From Vicugna vicugna (taxonomy: Eukaryota), in contig MU057887.1 in the NCBI GenBank assembly GCA_013265495.1, positions 1,127,985-1,191,984 of the forward strand: a stretch of DNA of 64,000 nt, in the 5' to 3' direction. The notes beneath the pieces are model-generated. The model had not been told where the DNA came from. It worked only from the letters and a program-made list of their open reading frames with translations, and did no database searches. Shown piece after piece: positions 10,961 through 23,000 of the stretch. Each line of letters opens with the position of its first letter. Within the stretch, counting starts at the first letter, position 1. A program made the translations under genes and the position numbers.

Positions 10961-13900
10961 TGCTCACTGGGCAGCGGGGGCTGGGGTGGAGCCAGCCCCA
11001 CATCGCGGGGGTGGGGGTGGGATCGAAGGGGCAATAGATTCTTGAGGGGCAGAGCCAGCTGCTGCTCCTGGGACGGAGGTCAATGCCGGGTGGAAATGGG
11101 CTTCACATGGGCCCTTTCCGGAACCTTGAACTGGAGAGGATGGAGGCAGCTGCGATGGCCGAGTTGGCTGGAACTTTCCGTCCGTCCTCTGGAGCCGGTC
11201 TGAGTGTTCAGCTCTGCAGGCAACCAGGGCCCAGGAAGCAGCACCTCTAGAGGCCAGGCCAGCTTGGCACTGGGAGGGCAGGGAGAGGGCCTGGGCTGGT
11301 TCTGCTTTACTCAGTCGCTCACGGCTCCACGGTGCCCCAAGAAGAGCCACCAGCAGCAGCCAGGGAGGCATTGCTCACACCTGCTCCATTAGGCAGACCA
11401 GGAGCTGAGAGCTCTGTTGCCGGGAGGCGGGGTGCTGGGACTGGCCAGCAGACCTGTCCTGCCCACCCCTGAGCTGCCCTGTCTGACCCAGACACTGCCC
11501 TGGCCCCAGCGCCCACCCTCTCCTGGCCACGGTGAGCAGCTCACTGTAGATGGACACCTTCACCAGTTCCCCGCCCCCGGAACCCAGGGGCAGCAGCACA
11601 TACCACCCTCCACTCCACACCACTTGTCGCTAGTCGGGGGGCAGGAGCCTCACCCTGCGCCCACCCAGGAGCCCTCTCTGGCCGGGCTCAGGGGGCTGGG
11701 CAGCCACTGGCCCCAGCCCAGGAGGAGCCCACAGAATGTTTAGCCTTGAAGCTCAAATCAGTCTGAGACAGAGGCCCAGGGTGCCAGCCTGCACACCGGG
11801 GTTCTCTAAAGCTCTGATGCCCCAGCTGATGGGGACAAACCCCGTGTGCCCCTCCCTGGAAGCTACCTGGGTTCCCTGGCCCCCGACCACATGTATGGCT
11901 GCCTTCTCTTCTCCTTGTGCCCCCAGCAGCATGTAACTCCCCCACTCACTCCACCTCCACCAGCGGATCTGGCCTGTTCTGGAATCAGCTGGACTAGAGG
12001 GGCCCCGTAGACAGGGCCACAGCTAGGGCTTGGTAGCGTGCTGGCGCCCAGGTGATGTCTGGTGGACCAATCCCTCACTCACTGTCGAGGGCAAGGGGAT
12101 GGGAAACGCAGGCACGGGGATGAAGTTCCCAGCGCAGCCTAGGGCTGCCCCCCAGCACGGTGGTCTCTAATGGTCGTCTTGTTCACACCAAGCTAGCATC
12201 AGCCCCAAGATTCTGGCCAGAACCTGTCCCAGCTGGAAAGGCTCTCGGCTAGAGCAGGGGCTAGTGGCCGGCTGCCTGAGGGGACCGCAGCTGGAGAGTG
12301 GCACCCTCGGTCCTTCCATCACAGTAGGAAGAGGAGGAGGGGAAGTTCCCCTTCCGCTTTATGTCTCAATTCTGGTGCTAAATGCAGGCACGGCTTGGTG
12401 GAGCGCAGTGTTCAGCCTGGGCCGACTCCCAGGGCAGCTAGGCTGCCGGACCATGACCCAGAGCCTGGGAACACAGGCAGGACCCAGCTGTACCATGGGG
12501 CCTCAGAGGGGCTGTCCGCTCAGGAGGCCGGCAACGTTCCCAAGGGCAGACAGCCGCTGTCTCCTAACCCCTCATCTCCTCCCTCCCCAAAACAGTCTCC
12601 TGGCTGGAGCTCCCTGGGTTCTCAGACCCCGGGGCCCTCTGCAGGCTTGGATCTAATCTCAGGCTCTGGGTACTTCTGTGGTCCCCAGTTCACTGCCAGA
12701 GACAGAGACTGGGCAAGGTCAACCCAACATCACACAGCAGTGAGTGACAGTGCTGGGGTTAGAAGCACCTGCTGGACCCAGCCTACACTCTCACTGTCAC
12801 CACACCCGACTTCCCTGTGCTGGGGGGACAGCACCCCATTTCACAGACGGGGAAACTAAGGCCCCGGGGGAGCTCAGTCCTGAGGTCACACCCTGATCGG
12901 GAAGATCACTCTGTCTTACATTCAGCGCTCCCCACCTGCACACCCTCCTACCCCGGCTGCCGGTGTGAGTCTCCAAATCCCACCCTAATACCTCCCCCAC
13001 CCCCACAGTGAGAGAGTTCCTCTGTCTGGGCTGAATCAAGAGCGAGGGCTGTGGGAGATGTGCCCTCACCAGCTTGAGGTCCGGAAGGCTTCCTGGAGGA
13101 GGTGATGTGGACACTAATCCAAGGTCTCAGGGCTAAGGCAGCAGTGGAGGTGGGGAGGGAAGCATGTGGTGTCCACAGGTGAGGGATCATCTGAAGGGGA
13201 CAGGGCCTGGAGGCAAGAGGCGGGTGGGAGGACCACAAAGGACCTTGGGCATCCTTGGGTCCTTGAAGGCCACAGGGAGCCATCAATGGTTTTAGCAGTG
13301 ATAAGTGAATGACAAGATGGAGTGTTTTGAAATTTCACCTGGCTGCTGTGTGGATTCTGGATTGGAGCACCCATTCCTGCTGCTCTTTGGGGTCCACCCC
13401 TCAGGGCACTGGTGCTGGGGGCCAAATTGGCTCTGAAGGAGCCCATCCTCCCAGCCCACACCCCGGACCACTGATGCAGAAACAGCCAGCAGCACTCGGT
13501 TTCTTGGAGTGCTGGCCAGCTTCAGGGACTGACGTCTCCCTGGGAGGGGACAGGGCAGGGGTGTCACAGGGCCAGGCGGTGGCCCCAGGGTAGGTCCGTC
13601 AGGAGCTTAGGTGGCAGGAGTAGGGTGGACCAGGCAGAAGAGCCACCGAGTGGCTGAAGTTTCAGAGTGAGCTCTGTGCTCGGCGTGGCTGTCAGCGGGA
13701 GCATAGCAGCCTCGGGCAGGGAGGGGTGGGAGGTGGGAGGCTCAGGAGAGGCTCAGGGCTTTGTTGAGGGTGCAGAGCACTTGTAGGGAGACAGGATGGC
13801 AACACCAGCAGGCCATGGATTTTATAGGGGTCCCCTGGGGAAGAGTAAGCCGGAGCCCAGCCTGTCTCCGCGGGACTTCTGAGCCTGCCCTGGGCCCCTG

Positions 13901-16354
13901 ACCCATTTCAGGTGTGGCGTATCTCGGGGAGGTCCCCAGGCTTGTGGAAAAGCACACAAGGGGAAGTGGGGGGAAGAGGACCCTGAGGCTTCTAGAAGGA
14001 GGTGTCCAGCAGGAGTGTGGTTCTTGAGGCCAGGTCCCAGATTCAGGAGGGATGGCCTGTGGCAGGTGCTGAAAGTGTTACATGGCCCTTGGTGACCAGG
14101 GTGGCCCAGGATGGGGGCCTGTGCCGGAGGCAGCCTCCTCAGGCCTCTGGGTTCACCACAGGCTGGGTTCGTGCCCATGCTCAGATGAGTCAGGGGACCC
14201 GAGTCGGCATTCGGCCGTGTGACCAGCACCCAAGGCCTCACATCCAGCAGCAGGACCCAGACCCCGGACACCCCCGTTGGACAGTGAGGTCTGCACATCC
14301 TCAGTGGTGGCCTCCCAGCCCCAGGGCACCTGTGGGGCTGTGGGCAGAGTCCCAGGGCCCCCGACCCCGCAGAAGGGGCTCAGCCCCTTGGTCTGTCGAC
14401 CTCCCACCACACCCAGCCTGGAAGCTCACGTTGTCATGGACGCTCCCTGGCTGTCTGGGCTGTGCTGGGTGGGGCTGTGGGCAGTGGCCATCTATCTGAT
14501 CCCCGCTGGTGACACTCAGGGCCAGGGGAGCACTGGGGTGAGGGTGCTGTGGGCCGAGTGTCATGGGCACCACTGTGGAGCCACTAGGCCAGAGGGCCTC
14601 TCTCAGCATCAGTGTCACATTGCCCCACGTCCAGAGGCCAGGCCAGAGTCACACCGTGGTCAGGCTCAGCCAGGCCAGGATCCAGGTCTCTGCTCCAGGC
14701 TGAGCCCTCTCCCCGCGGGAGGGCCACGCTTCGGACCCAGCGGGCATGAGCAGGGGCTTTCTCAGTTCCAGGGCGGCCAGCCCCACACTGTCAGGCCCTG
14801 GACTGGGCACCCAGGTAGGGGGTGGCTGGGAGGTGATGCGAGCCTGGGACTCCCGCAGCTCTCCAGGGTGGGGGCCGAGGCGGTCCTCTCCCACTGCCCA
14901 GCTGAGAGGAACCAGGGGCTCTGGCTCCCCTGAGGAGCAGCTGCCTGGCAGGCTGGGGTGTCTGAGCACCTGGCCCCCGGGAGGGAGGCTTGGCTCCAGG
15001 CCCCCCTCACAGGCCCCCTGCCCCACCCTTCCACCCTCTCCTGACCTTCAGGGCTCTCACCCCTGGCCTGGCACTCCTCCGGGTCAGGGCTGGGGCCTGA
15101 GTCCCCTCCCATCCCCGCTCCTCCCCCTGTGTGCTCAGAGCCCTTCGGTGCCCTGCAGGCCCTGGGGGCACATCAGGCCAGGAGACTCCCTCCTGCAGCC
15201 AGATGAGAGCTGGGGAACATTTTAGGAGGCAGAGTGAAGAGATTGGAGGTGCTTTTAGAAGAGGGGGTGTGAGAGGCAGGGGAGTGCAGTTGGGGAAGAG
15301 GCCCCGGCTGGAGCTGATGACTGGAGGGGATGCGGGTGGCGGGGCCGGCCAAGTCTGGCTTCAGCAGGCTTAGACAGACCAGCTGGGGTGGGGAGCCGTT
15401 GGCCAAGATGGGGAGAGCTGAGGAGTGTCCGACTTCAGGGCCGTTCAGGGAGGCCCCCAGGGGCAGCTCAGAAGGGAGGGCTGGGCGGGAGGCAGACTGG
15501 GAGGCGCTGCCTCCTGTGGGGTCCACCAGCCAGGTGGGGGGGGCACTGGAAGAGGACGGCTGCCTGAGCCAGAGCCCAGAGCAGCAGGGGACACACCTAA
15601 GGCAGAGTCGAGGCCAAGGAACCCATCCGGGAGTGTGGAGGAGGAGGGTCGGAGGGCCCAGTGTCAGGAGGAAGAAGGGAGAGGCCATGTGCATCCCAAA
15701 CAGGCAGGTGGGCCCTGGGTGGGACTCAGAGACAGAGCAGACACCCCCAGAGGCACTGCGGGGACAGCCGGCGCCACGACTGGCTGGCCACCCATACCAC
15801 CTGCCCAGCCTCCTGCCGGAAGCTGCTTCTGAATTCCCAGGCAGCCCAGGGGCCGGATGACAGGGCCCAGGTCAGGGAAGGAAAGAATGAATTCTTTGCG
15901 GCACATGAAACGCGCCCTTTTCCCGCCAGCCGTCACAGTTCTGTCTTTGTTCCCGGGGAGGCCGACGCTGTTTGCCTTATGGAGGGACCTAAAAAAGAAG
16001 CCACCAGAGCCTGGGGAAGGGGCTCCCAGGGCCGGCCAGGCGTGTGTGAAGGAAAGATGGGGCTCTCCCCAACCCCGCCCTGGGATCTGGCTTGGAAGAA
16101 AGAAGCACAGGGCAAGTGGGAGTGCTTGGGAAATGAGCCGTGGAGGGAGCCGGTGAAAGGTGCTGGCAGCCTCGTCCTGGGAGCATCCTGCAGGAGACCT
16201 CGGCTTTGCTGATCCTGAGCTGATAGTGGGCGGGTGTCAGGCAGGGCCCGGGGCCAGGCCGGCAGCTCTCCCTGGGCCTGTCTTTGCCTCCACCTCCAAC
16301 GCTACCTCGAATCTCCACAGCCATCTGGATTGCCTGAGGGAGAAAATGAAAACC

Positions 16355-16695
16355 TCACACGTGTGTGCACAGAGACACAGACACACAGGCAGGCTCAGAC
16401 ACGCAGACATGAGCACGCAGAGACATGTGCATCTGCTCGCACACACCTGGACACATGTGCACAGAGACCCACACAAACAAGCGCATGTGTGCACAAGCAT
16501 ATGCTCACGTGTGTGCATGTTTGTACACGCGTGTGCACGCACATGCTCACTCAGGTGGCACCCACGTGCAAACTTCTGTGCACAGTCACATGCACTCACA
16601 TGCACACGTATGCAGACAAGCACATACCTGGTCATGCACGAACCCCCTACACAAGCATAGACATGCATGCAGGCTTGCACACACGTGCATGCTCG
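16355..16695. repeat. Degenerate CA/TG-rich low-complexity tract
   Basis: About 340 bp of CACA/CATG/TGCA/CACG alternating purine-pyrimidine units. Confidence 0.9.
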
Positions 16696-18240
16696 TCTCA
16701 GTCCACCAGTGACTCAGCTGCGTGGGGTCCAGTGGCTCTCCTACCCACATCTTTCTCCTCTGCTGGGTGAGGGCTTAGAGCCATGGTCCTGGGAGCTCCT
16801 GGCTCCCAGCAGTATGCGCTCAGTGGAAGGTCAGACTGGCTAGGGAGGGCACAGTGCTGCCTTCCAGGGGCAGCTGGCAGGAGGGCGCAGGGATGCTGCC
16901 ACCTCCCCACTGGGGGCCGGCTGCGCTTCCCTGGGCAGAGGGGAGGGATGTGCTCACGGTCACATAGGCCGCTGAGGCCACGGTCCTTTTCTTGTTTGGA
17001 TATAAATACCCCTTACATTACATATTAACAGAGGAAAATGGAGGCTTTGAGGGGCCGGCAGGGAGAAATTGTGGGTCTGTCCCTTCCCCACCACTGGGCC
17101 AGTGGATGACTCATTATTCAACAAGTGTACTTTCAGCGTCTGCGACTTCCCAGCAGAGTGGGACAATGTAACACCCAAGGAGACTCAAGTCCTTCCCTGC
17201 AAACCAGCTGAACCCAAGAAGAAGCCCTATGTGCCCATGGTGGCCCGGGCCACCTCCCTGCCCTCTCGCCCCCTCCCAGGGCGTTCCTGGGCGTTCTCTG
17301 AGTGCGGATGTGAGAGTCACCGCTCTCAGGAGGGGGTGATGGATAGACGGATGATGGGTCTCAGGGGGCAGGACCCCCAGCTGCATGGGCTGTGGCCAGG
17401 GGAGGTTCCAGACACATGGCCACCATCCACATCCCTCGGCATTTGCCAGGAGAGGTTGTGGAAACAGCAGTGGGCCAGGAGCCGGAAGCCCAGTGGCACC
17501 CGGGCTGGCGCGTCCTGCTCTGTGCCTGGCTCCCCATCTGCACAGCAGGGCTTGAATCGGGACAGCTCCCTGCTTGCTGCTGCAGTGCCGCCCCCAGCAG
17601 CCTCCCAGCTCCCGGGGAAGCTCCTCCAGGTGGGGGTGGGAGGGGATGGCTGGGGGCTCTGGGATGCAGACGGGCCTCCCTTCCAGGGCCCCACATCGGT
17701 CACTCAGGAGCCACGCAGAGCAGCCCCAGGCAGGACGCTGGGGGGGCCACCGGTGCCTTGTGAGGCCAGGCTCCTGGGTTACAAAGGGGATTTGGTCCCT
17801 TCCCCAGGCTCATGGCCAGTAAAGTCCGACCCCCTCAAGTCCGACGGTCCCACAGGTGTAAACCTCCAGGCAGCCCCTCTCGGGAGCCCGGCCCAGCCCC
17901 GAGGAGCGCGTGGTTATTACCTCACTGGCCCTTCCAACAGCCCGGCGAGGCAGGCCTGTGACTACCTTCTCTCTGCAGATGTCAGAATCCTTGTCCTGCA
18001 GCTTTTTATCTCTACACGAGTGGAAGGCGCTACACCCTTAAAGGTCAGAGCCCTGGGAACCGGCCCTCCTGTGGGTCTCAGGCTCCAGGCGGCATTCTCT
18101 CACAGGAGGAGCAGAACCAGCCCGACTGGGCCCGGGACCCAGAGCCCAGGGCAGAGCCAAAGGGGCAGGTCCAGCGTGGGGTCGGGCTTGTTCTCCCCTG
18201 TGACAGAGACAGTCTGCACCGGGGCCACGCTCCCCACCAC

Positions 18241-18680
18241 CGTGGTGGTGCAGTAATGCCCCACCAAGACGTCCACATCCCGATCCCCAGAATCAGTGAC
18301 TATGTTACCTTCTATGGCAAAAGAGACTTTGCAGATGTGATTAAATTAAGCATCTTGACATGGGGGATGGTCTTGGATTTTCTCAGTAGGTCCACGTCAT
18401 CACAAGGGTCACGAGAGGGAGGTCAGAGTCAGAGGGAAGCTGGGAGTTGCGAGGCTGCTGGGAGGAAGGGACCTGAACCGAGGATCATGGGTGTCTTGAG
18501 AAGCTGGACAAGGTAAGGAAATGGATTCTCCCCTCGAGCCTCCAGAGCTGACCCAGCTCTGCGCACACCTTGACTGTAGCCCCATGAGACGACCTCCGGA
18601 CCTGCAAGAGGATACGTTTGGGTTGCTCTCAGCCATTGCGCACGTGGTCACGTGTTGCAGCAGCCGCAGGACCCTCACAC
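18241..18680 (+). mobile_element. MLT1 (MLT1C/D-like) solo LTR
   Basis: GACGTCCACATCCCGATCCCCAGAATCAGTGACTATGTTACCTT...GGCAAAAGAGACTTTGCAGATGTGATTAAATTAAG...GGATTCTCCCCTCGAGCCTCCAGAG. Confidence 0.85.
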
Positions 18681-19184
18681 GACGACCGCGCTCTTGACCC
18701 GAGCACGCCTCCCGCGTCACCTGGGCTGCAGCTCACAGCTTCTTGCCACGGCTCTCAGGGGCTCTGCATCCCCTCCCAGCGGACACAAAGTTAGCCCTGC
18801 CACGTTGGGCACTGGGGACAATGTCTTTCCCACGGTTGTAAACGACGCCGCAAAAACTTCTCCTCCCGTGTGGTCTCAGCGGACAGAGGGTCTCAGGATC
18901 AACCTGCCTGCGGGGCTTGAGGATTCTCCTAAGGGGACTCCTGTCTTCCTGGCACCTCCCCCAGCCCTGATGTCACACTGTCAGGTGTATGGGGTGGGAA
19001 GGTCCTAATTTTACCCTGGTCTGAGCACCCACCTTCAGGCGCCCTCCGGGCCCTAGGAAGGAGAGTGGAGAGGGCTGGGACTCTGTAAGGCACTACAAAC
19101 CCTAGGCTTGTGCCCTTTAAGAGCATGAATTTTAGGGCATGTGAGTTGTACTGCAGTAAATCTATCACATCAAAAAAGAAAAGA

Positions 19185-19592
19185 AATATCTACTTGTTGA
19201 ATTTGGGGGCAGTATCAAACATACCCACAATTACCTGAAGCCACCATTAAGTTATACCCCACCTTCCACCTGCTATGCATGTGAAGCTAGGTTTTCTTCA
19301 CAGAGGTCAACAAAAATGACACACTGCAGCAGAGTGATGGCAGAAGCAGGTGTGAGGCCTCAACTACCTTCTCCTAAACCAGACATTGAAGAGATCTGAA
19401 AGTGTTGTACATGTCAACACAGGAAGGGTTGGTTACTGTTATATTTATTTGAGTTAATAAAGAGTTTTTCAGTTTTATTTCCTAACACTGGAAATGTCGA
19501 CAAGTATAGCCCACAGAAACAAAACATTTTGGGGTTCTCTATAGCTTTTCAGAATAAAAAGGAGTCCTTAAACCAAAATGTTTAAGAATCTC
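19185..19592 (+). mobile_element. hAT-Charlie (Charlie1-like) DNA transposon 3' end
   Basis: Degraded transposase C-terminus (TGTGAAGCTAGGTTTTCTTC...CCAGACATTGAAGAGAT) and a Charlie1-type terminus (AGCCCACAGAAACAAAACATTTTGGGGTTCTC...ACCAAAATGTTTAAGAA). Confidence 0.75.
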
Positions 19593-19714
19593 TCTTACAT
19601 GACCATTAAAATCAGGAAATGAACACTTACGTGACCCCGCAGAGGACAGCCTTCACTCTGACTTCACCTGATGCTCCAAATATCTCTTTGATAGTAACTA
19701 AAAATCCAGCTGAG

Positions 19715-19885
19715 AAATGGGGAGTTATTATTGAATGGGGACAGGGCTTCAGTTTGGAAAATGAAAAACGCTCTGGATGGTGGTGATGATAGCATAGCAA
19801 CATGAATGTACTTAATGCTGTTGAACCACGTACTTAAAAATGGTACATTTTATGTTCTCTATATTTCACCACAATTTAAAAATTA
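19715..19885 (+). mobile_element. L1 (L1MB-like) 3' end
   Basis: AATGGGGAGTTATTATTGAATGGGGACAGGGCTTCAGTTTGG...GGATGGTGGTGATG...GAATGTACTTAATGC...TATTTCACCACAAT. Confidence 0.85.
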
Positions 19886-19894
19886 CCGTGTTAA

Positions 19895-20035
19895 GGGGGA
19901 GGGTGTAGCTCAGTGGTGAGTGCATGCTTAGCATGCAAAAGGTCCTGGGCTCAATCCTCAGTTCCTCCATTAAAAAATACGCAAATAAATAAATAACCTA
20001 GTTACCTTCCCTTCAAAAAATAAATTAAATAAATG
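19895..20035 (+). mobile_element. Camelid tRNA-Ala-derived SINE (vic-1 type)
   Basis: GGGGAGGGTGTAGCTCAGTGG...TGCATGCTTAGCATGCA..GGTCCTGGGCTCAATCC head, TAAA-rich body and A tail. Confidence 0.9.
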
Positions 20036-23000
20036 CATGTTTAAAAAATTACTACATTAAAAATCGTTTATTTAAATATAATGATATATGCCTCGTAATA
20101 AAAATAAGCAAAATTATAGAATACATTTGTGATATACTTCACTATAAAATAACATTTCAGTATGAATAAAAGCAATCACTAGTGAAAGGTTTCAGCACAA
20201 AGTCACTAGGCATGGTTAAATCTGAACATGCAGGATGTAAAAAAAATGTTTAAGGGATTTTTTTTCAAAGTTCATTTCTGTTGTTATCGTTACTCATAAT
20301 CTCAGTTAAGATTCTAATCCCAAAAAATCTTCCAGTCTAGTGAGGGAGACAGACTAGCTGACTAGTATAACACAGAGAGATCAGCTGAGGCACTGAGGCT
20401 GAAGGTGTCCAGAAAAGGAACACAGCCCAGAGAGGGGAGATCTGGGAGGCCTTCCTGGAAGAGGTGGTACCTTAAAGGAAGAATGGAAGTGGTAGGAGGA
20501 GATGACCTGCTGAAGCTAAAGCAAGGCAGGTGTGGTGGATTGCAAATAGAGAGGCTGGAGAGAGAGGCTGTCCCCAGGTGTGGGGCCCAGGGGCTCTGCC
20601 CTGGCCTAACAGTCTGCCAGGAGAGCAGGGTTGTGGCGAGTCAGTGGGCTGTGCAGGCAGGACAGAGCCTGGCGGCTGGTGGGTAAGGGAAGTGAGGGCC
20701 CAGCCGAAGGGCTGGACCAGCAGCTTGGGGAAGAGTCAGGGGCCTGCAGCTTGCTGACTTGGGCCATGCTGACCTTCATTACCCTTGACCCTGACAGTGA
20801 CCTTCCAAGGACAGCCTTAATTCTCCCCACAAAGACACTGAGGAGCTGAGAGGCGAGGCAATTGGCCAAGTTTGCCCAGCAGAGCTGGGGTAAGAGCTCA
20901 GGCTCTTAGCTTGGCTCTGCTCCCCAAACAAAATGGGTGATGGGGACAGGGAGCCTCTCTCAGGGATGAACCCCAGGTCACCCACATGGCTGCCCGAACC
21001 TTTCTTTCAAGGCTGTGCCTGGCCCCAGGAGCCCAGCATTCCATGGGATCCTGCCCTTAAGAAATCCCCCAGTCCAGAAAGTTCCAGTTGGACCTCAGGT
21101 CCTGCCAAGAGGCCCTTCCCCAGCTGACTTCTTGGGCTCCCTTCCAAAAGGGGCAGCAGTGACTGGGCGAGGAGGCCCAGGTCCGGCTGGGAGCCGGCCT
21201 TCTGTTTCCCTAACATCCTGGTGCGTGAGTGGAGGATACATGGGGCAGCCAGCCTGGGTTCCTGCTGTTCTGTTTATTTGCCAAAGCATGCCCCATCCTG
21301 TAACTTCTTCCTCTAATTGGCTGGATCAATCACCTCCACTGGTTTCCAACAAGATGCCAGAGTGTATTTTTAGACCAAAGGAGCAGGTAGGGCTGGAAGA
21401 GTCACTGCGAGGGCAAGTTGGAGGGAAGGAAGGGGCTAGTGAGTGTCCCCTCCCTGGTATGGGCTTGAGATGGGACACTGAGCAGTCTGTCCGCTGTGTG
21501 TTTGCAGAAGCAGAGGTGAGTAACTTTCAGCTGATCAACCTTGGCCTAGGAGGTTCCAGCCTAAAAAGGGGAGCTGATTTCCCCCCGCCAGGCCACACAC
21601 CGGGTGGCCCATCCCAAGCCTGGAGGCTGGGCCTGAACACACTTCCAAAGCACAGAGCATGAGAGGCCAGGCATAATTCACACAAGCGCTCAGCCGGAGC
21701 TGTCACATGTCTGCTTTCCCCCAGAGAGGCCGGAAAAAATGCCTCCCTCGTGGCCGTTGGCAGCTGGCTCCTAGGGGCCTGTCACAGTCATACCCCGAGC
21801 ACAGTGCAGAATCCCGAGCTGGCCAGGGACGTCTGAGGTGAGCCAGCCCAGCCTCTCAGTTTACAGCTGGGAACAGACGTGGGGCGGCCGTAGCTGTCCA
21901 AGGTCACAGAGCCCGGGAGGGGAGTGGTAGGCGGAGTGGAAAAGGCGAGAACACGTGAGCCAGGCCGAGCGGCCCCGGGTCCAGGCCTACAGCTCCAGGT
22001 ATGAGGGTCAGGGCAATGGGGCAGGCTCTCAGCCTCAGTTTCCACAGCTGGGAGCAGCGAGGCCACAGCTGCTTGCAGAGCTGTTTGGGGCTGAGCAGCG
22101 CTGAGCACAACTGCCCTGTGTCCAGGGGACACACCATCAATGACTGCCCCAGGCACCCGGCCCCCTGCCCAGGAAGAGGGCAGGGACCCGCTTTCCCCTG
22201 GATCAACAGCACCCTGAAGGGACCTGCTCAAAAATTCCTGGTTAGTTAGCACCTGCCCTGCCCCCCACAACCAGGCGCAGTGGGGACACGTGGAGTGGGA
22301 GGGACAGGCCCAGTCTTCGAGCTGTTGAACGTCCAGACCAAAAGACAAATAATGTCATTGACAACTGAGCTAATGGCTCAAGCGTCTGTGTCCAGGAGCA
22401 GCAGACCAGGCTATTTGGACCGACTCCCTTTTTGGAAACAAGTAAAAGTTTGGGCTGAAAAAGTTATTTTAAAAATGATGTTCAAAGCCTCTAAGAGTGG
22501 CCAAGACCATGGAGAACCTCCAGCAGGAGCAGGGACTTGGCGCTGCAGCCACTTCTGTCCTGACGGCCTGTGCCAATCTGGAAAGGCTGGGCCTTGACCT
22601 TGTGAGGGAGGGACATGTGAGGACGGAAGTCAAAGTGTGAGGCAGCTAAGCAGGGACTCTCCCTTGCATGAGGCTGGTGGCCAGGGAGTCGGACCCAAGG
22701 GGGCACAAACCACCTTGCTCTCCCGGAGGAAGTCAGGGCTGGGGTCGCCGGGGAGGTGTCACGCTGGGAGAGCAGCAGCTCAGGCCTCGGTGTCGCTCAG
22801 TGATTACTAGATCCTTTTTTGGAGGGGGGATGGGGCTGGGGATGTTTTCAAATCAAACCGAGCACTGGCGCTTGCCCAGAAATTTGATTAACCTAAGGTT
22901 TCCACTTAGAGAAGCGAAGTGACAGTTCCCTAGTCTGTCTTTCCCACCAGCCATCTAAGGACCCTGCCTGCCAGGGTGCCGGTCCCACGGCCTTCTGCCC

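Noticed and set aside
17069..18256. 395-aa plus ORF
   Set aside because: Low-complexity translation, ends inside an MLT1 LTR, and no family resemblance.
19895..19970. tRNA-Ala(AGC)-like sequences here and at 33810, 43014, 43614, 47861, 56108 and 60310
   Set aside because: Each has a SINE body or A tail, often TSDs, and broken stems. They are SINE heads, not tRNA genes.
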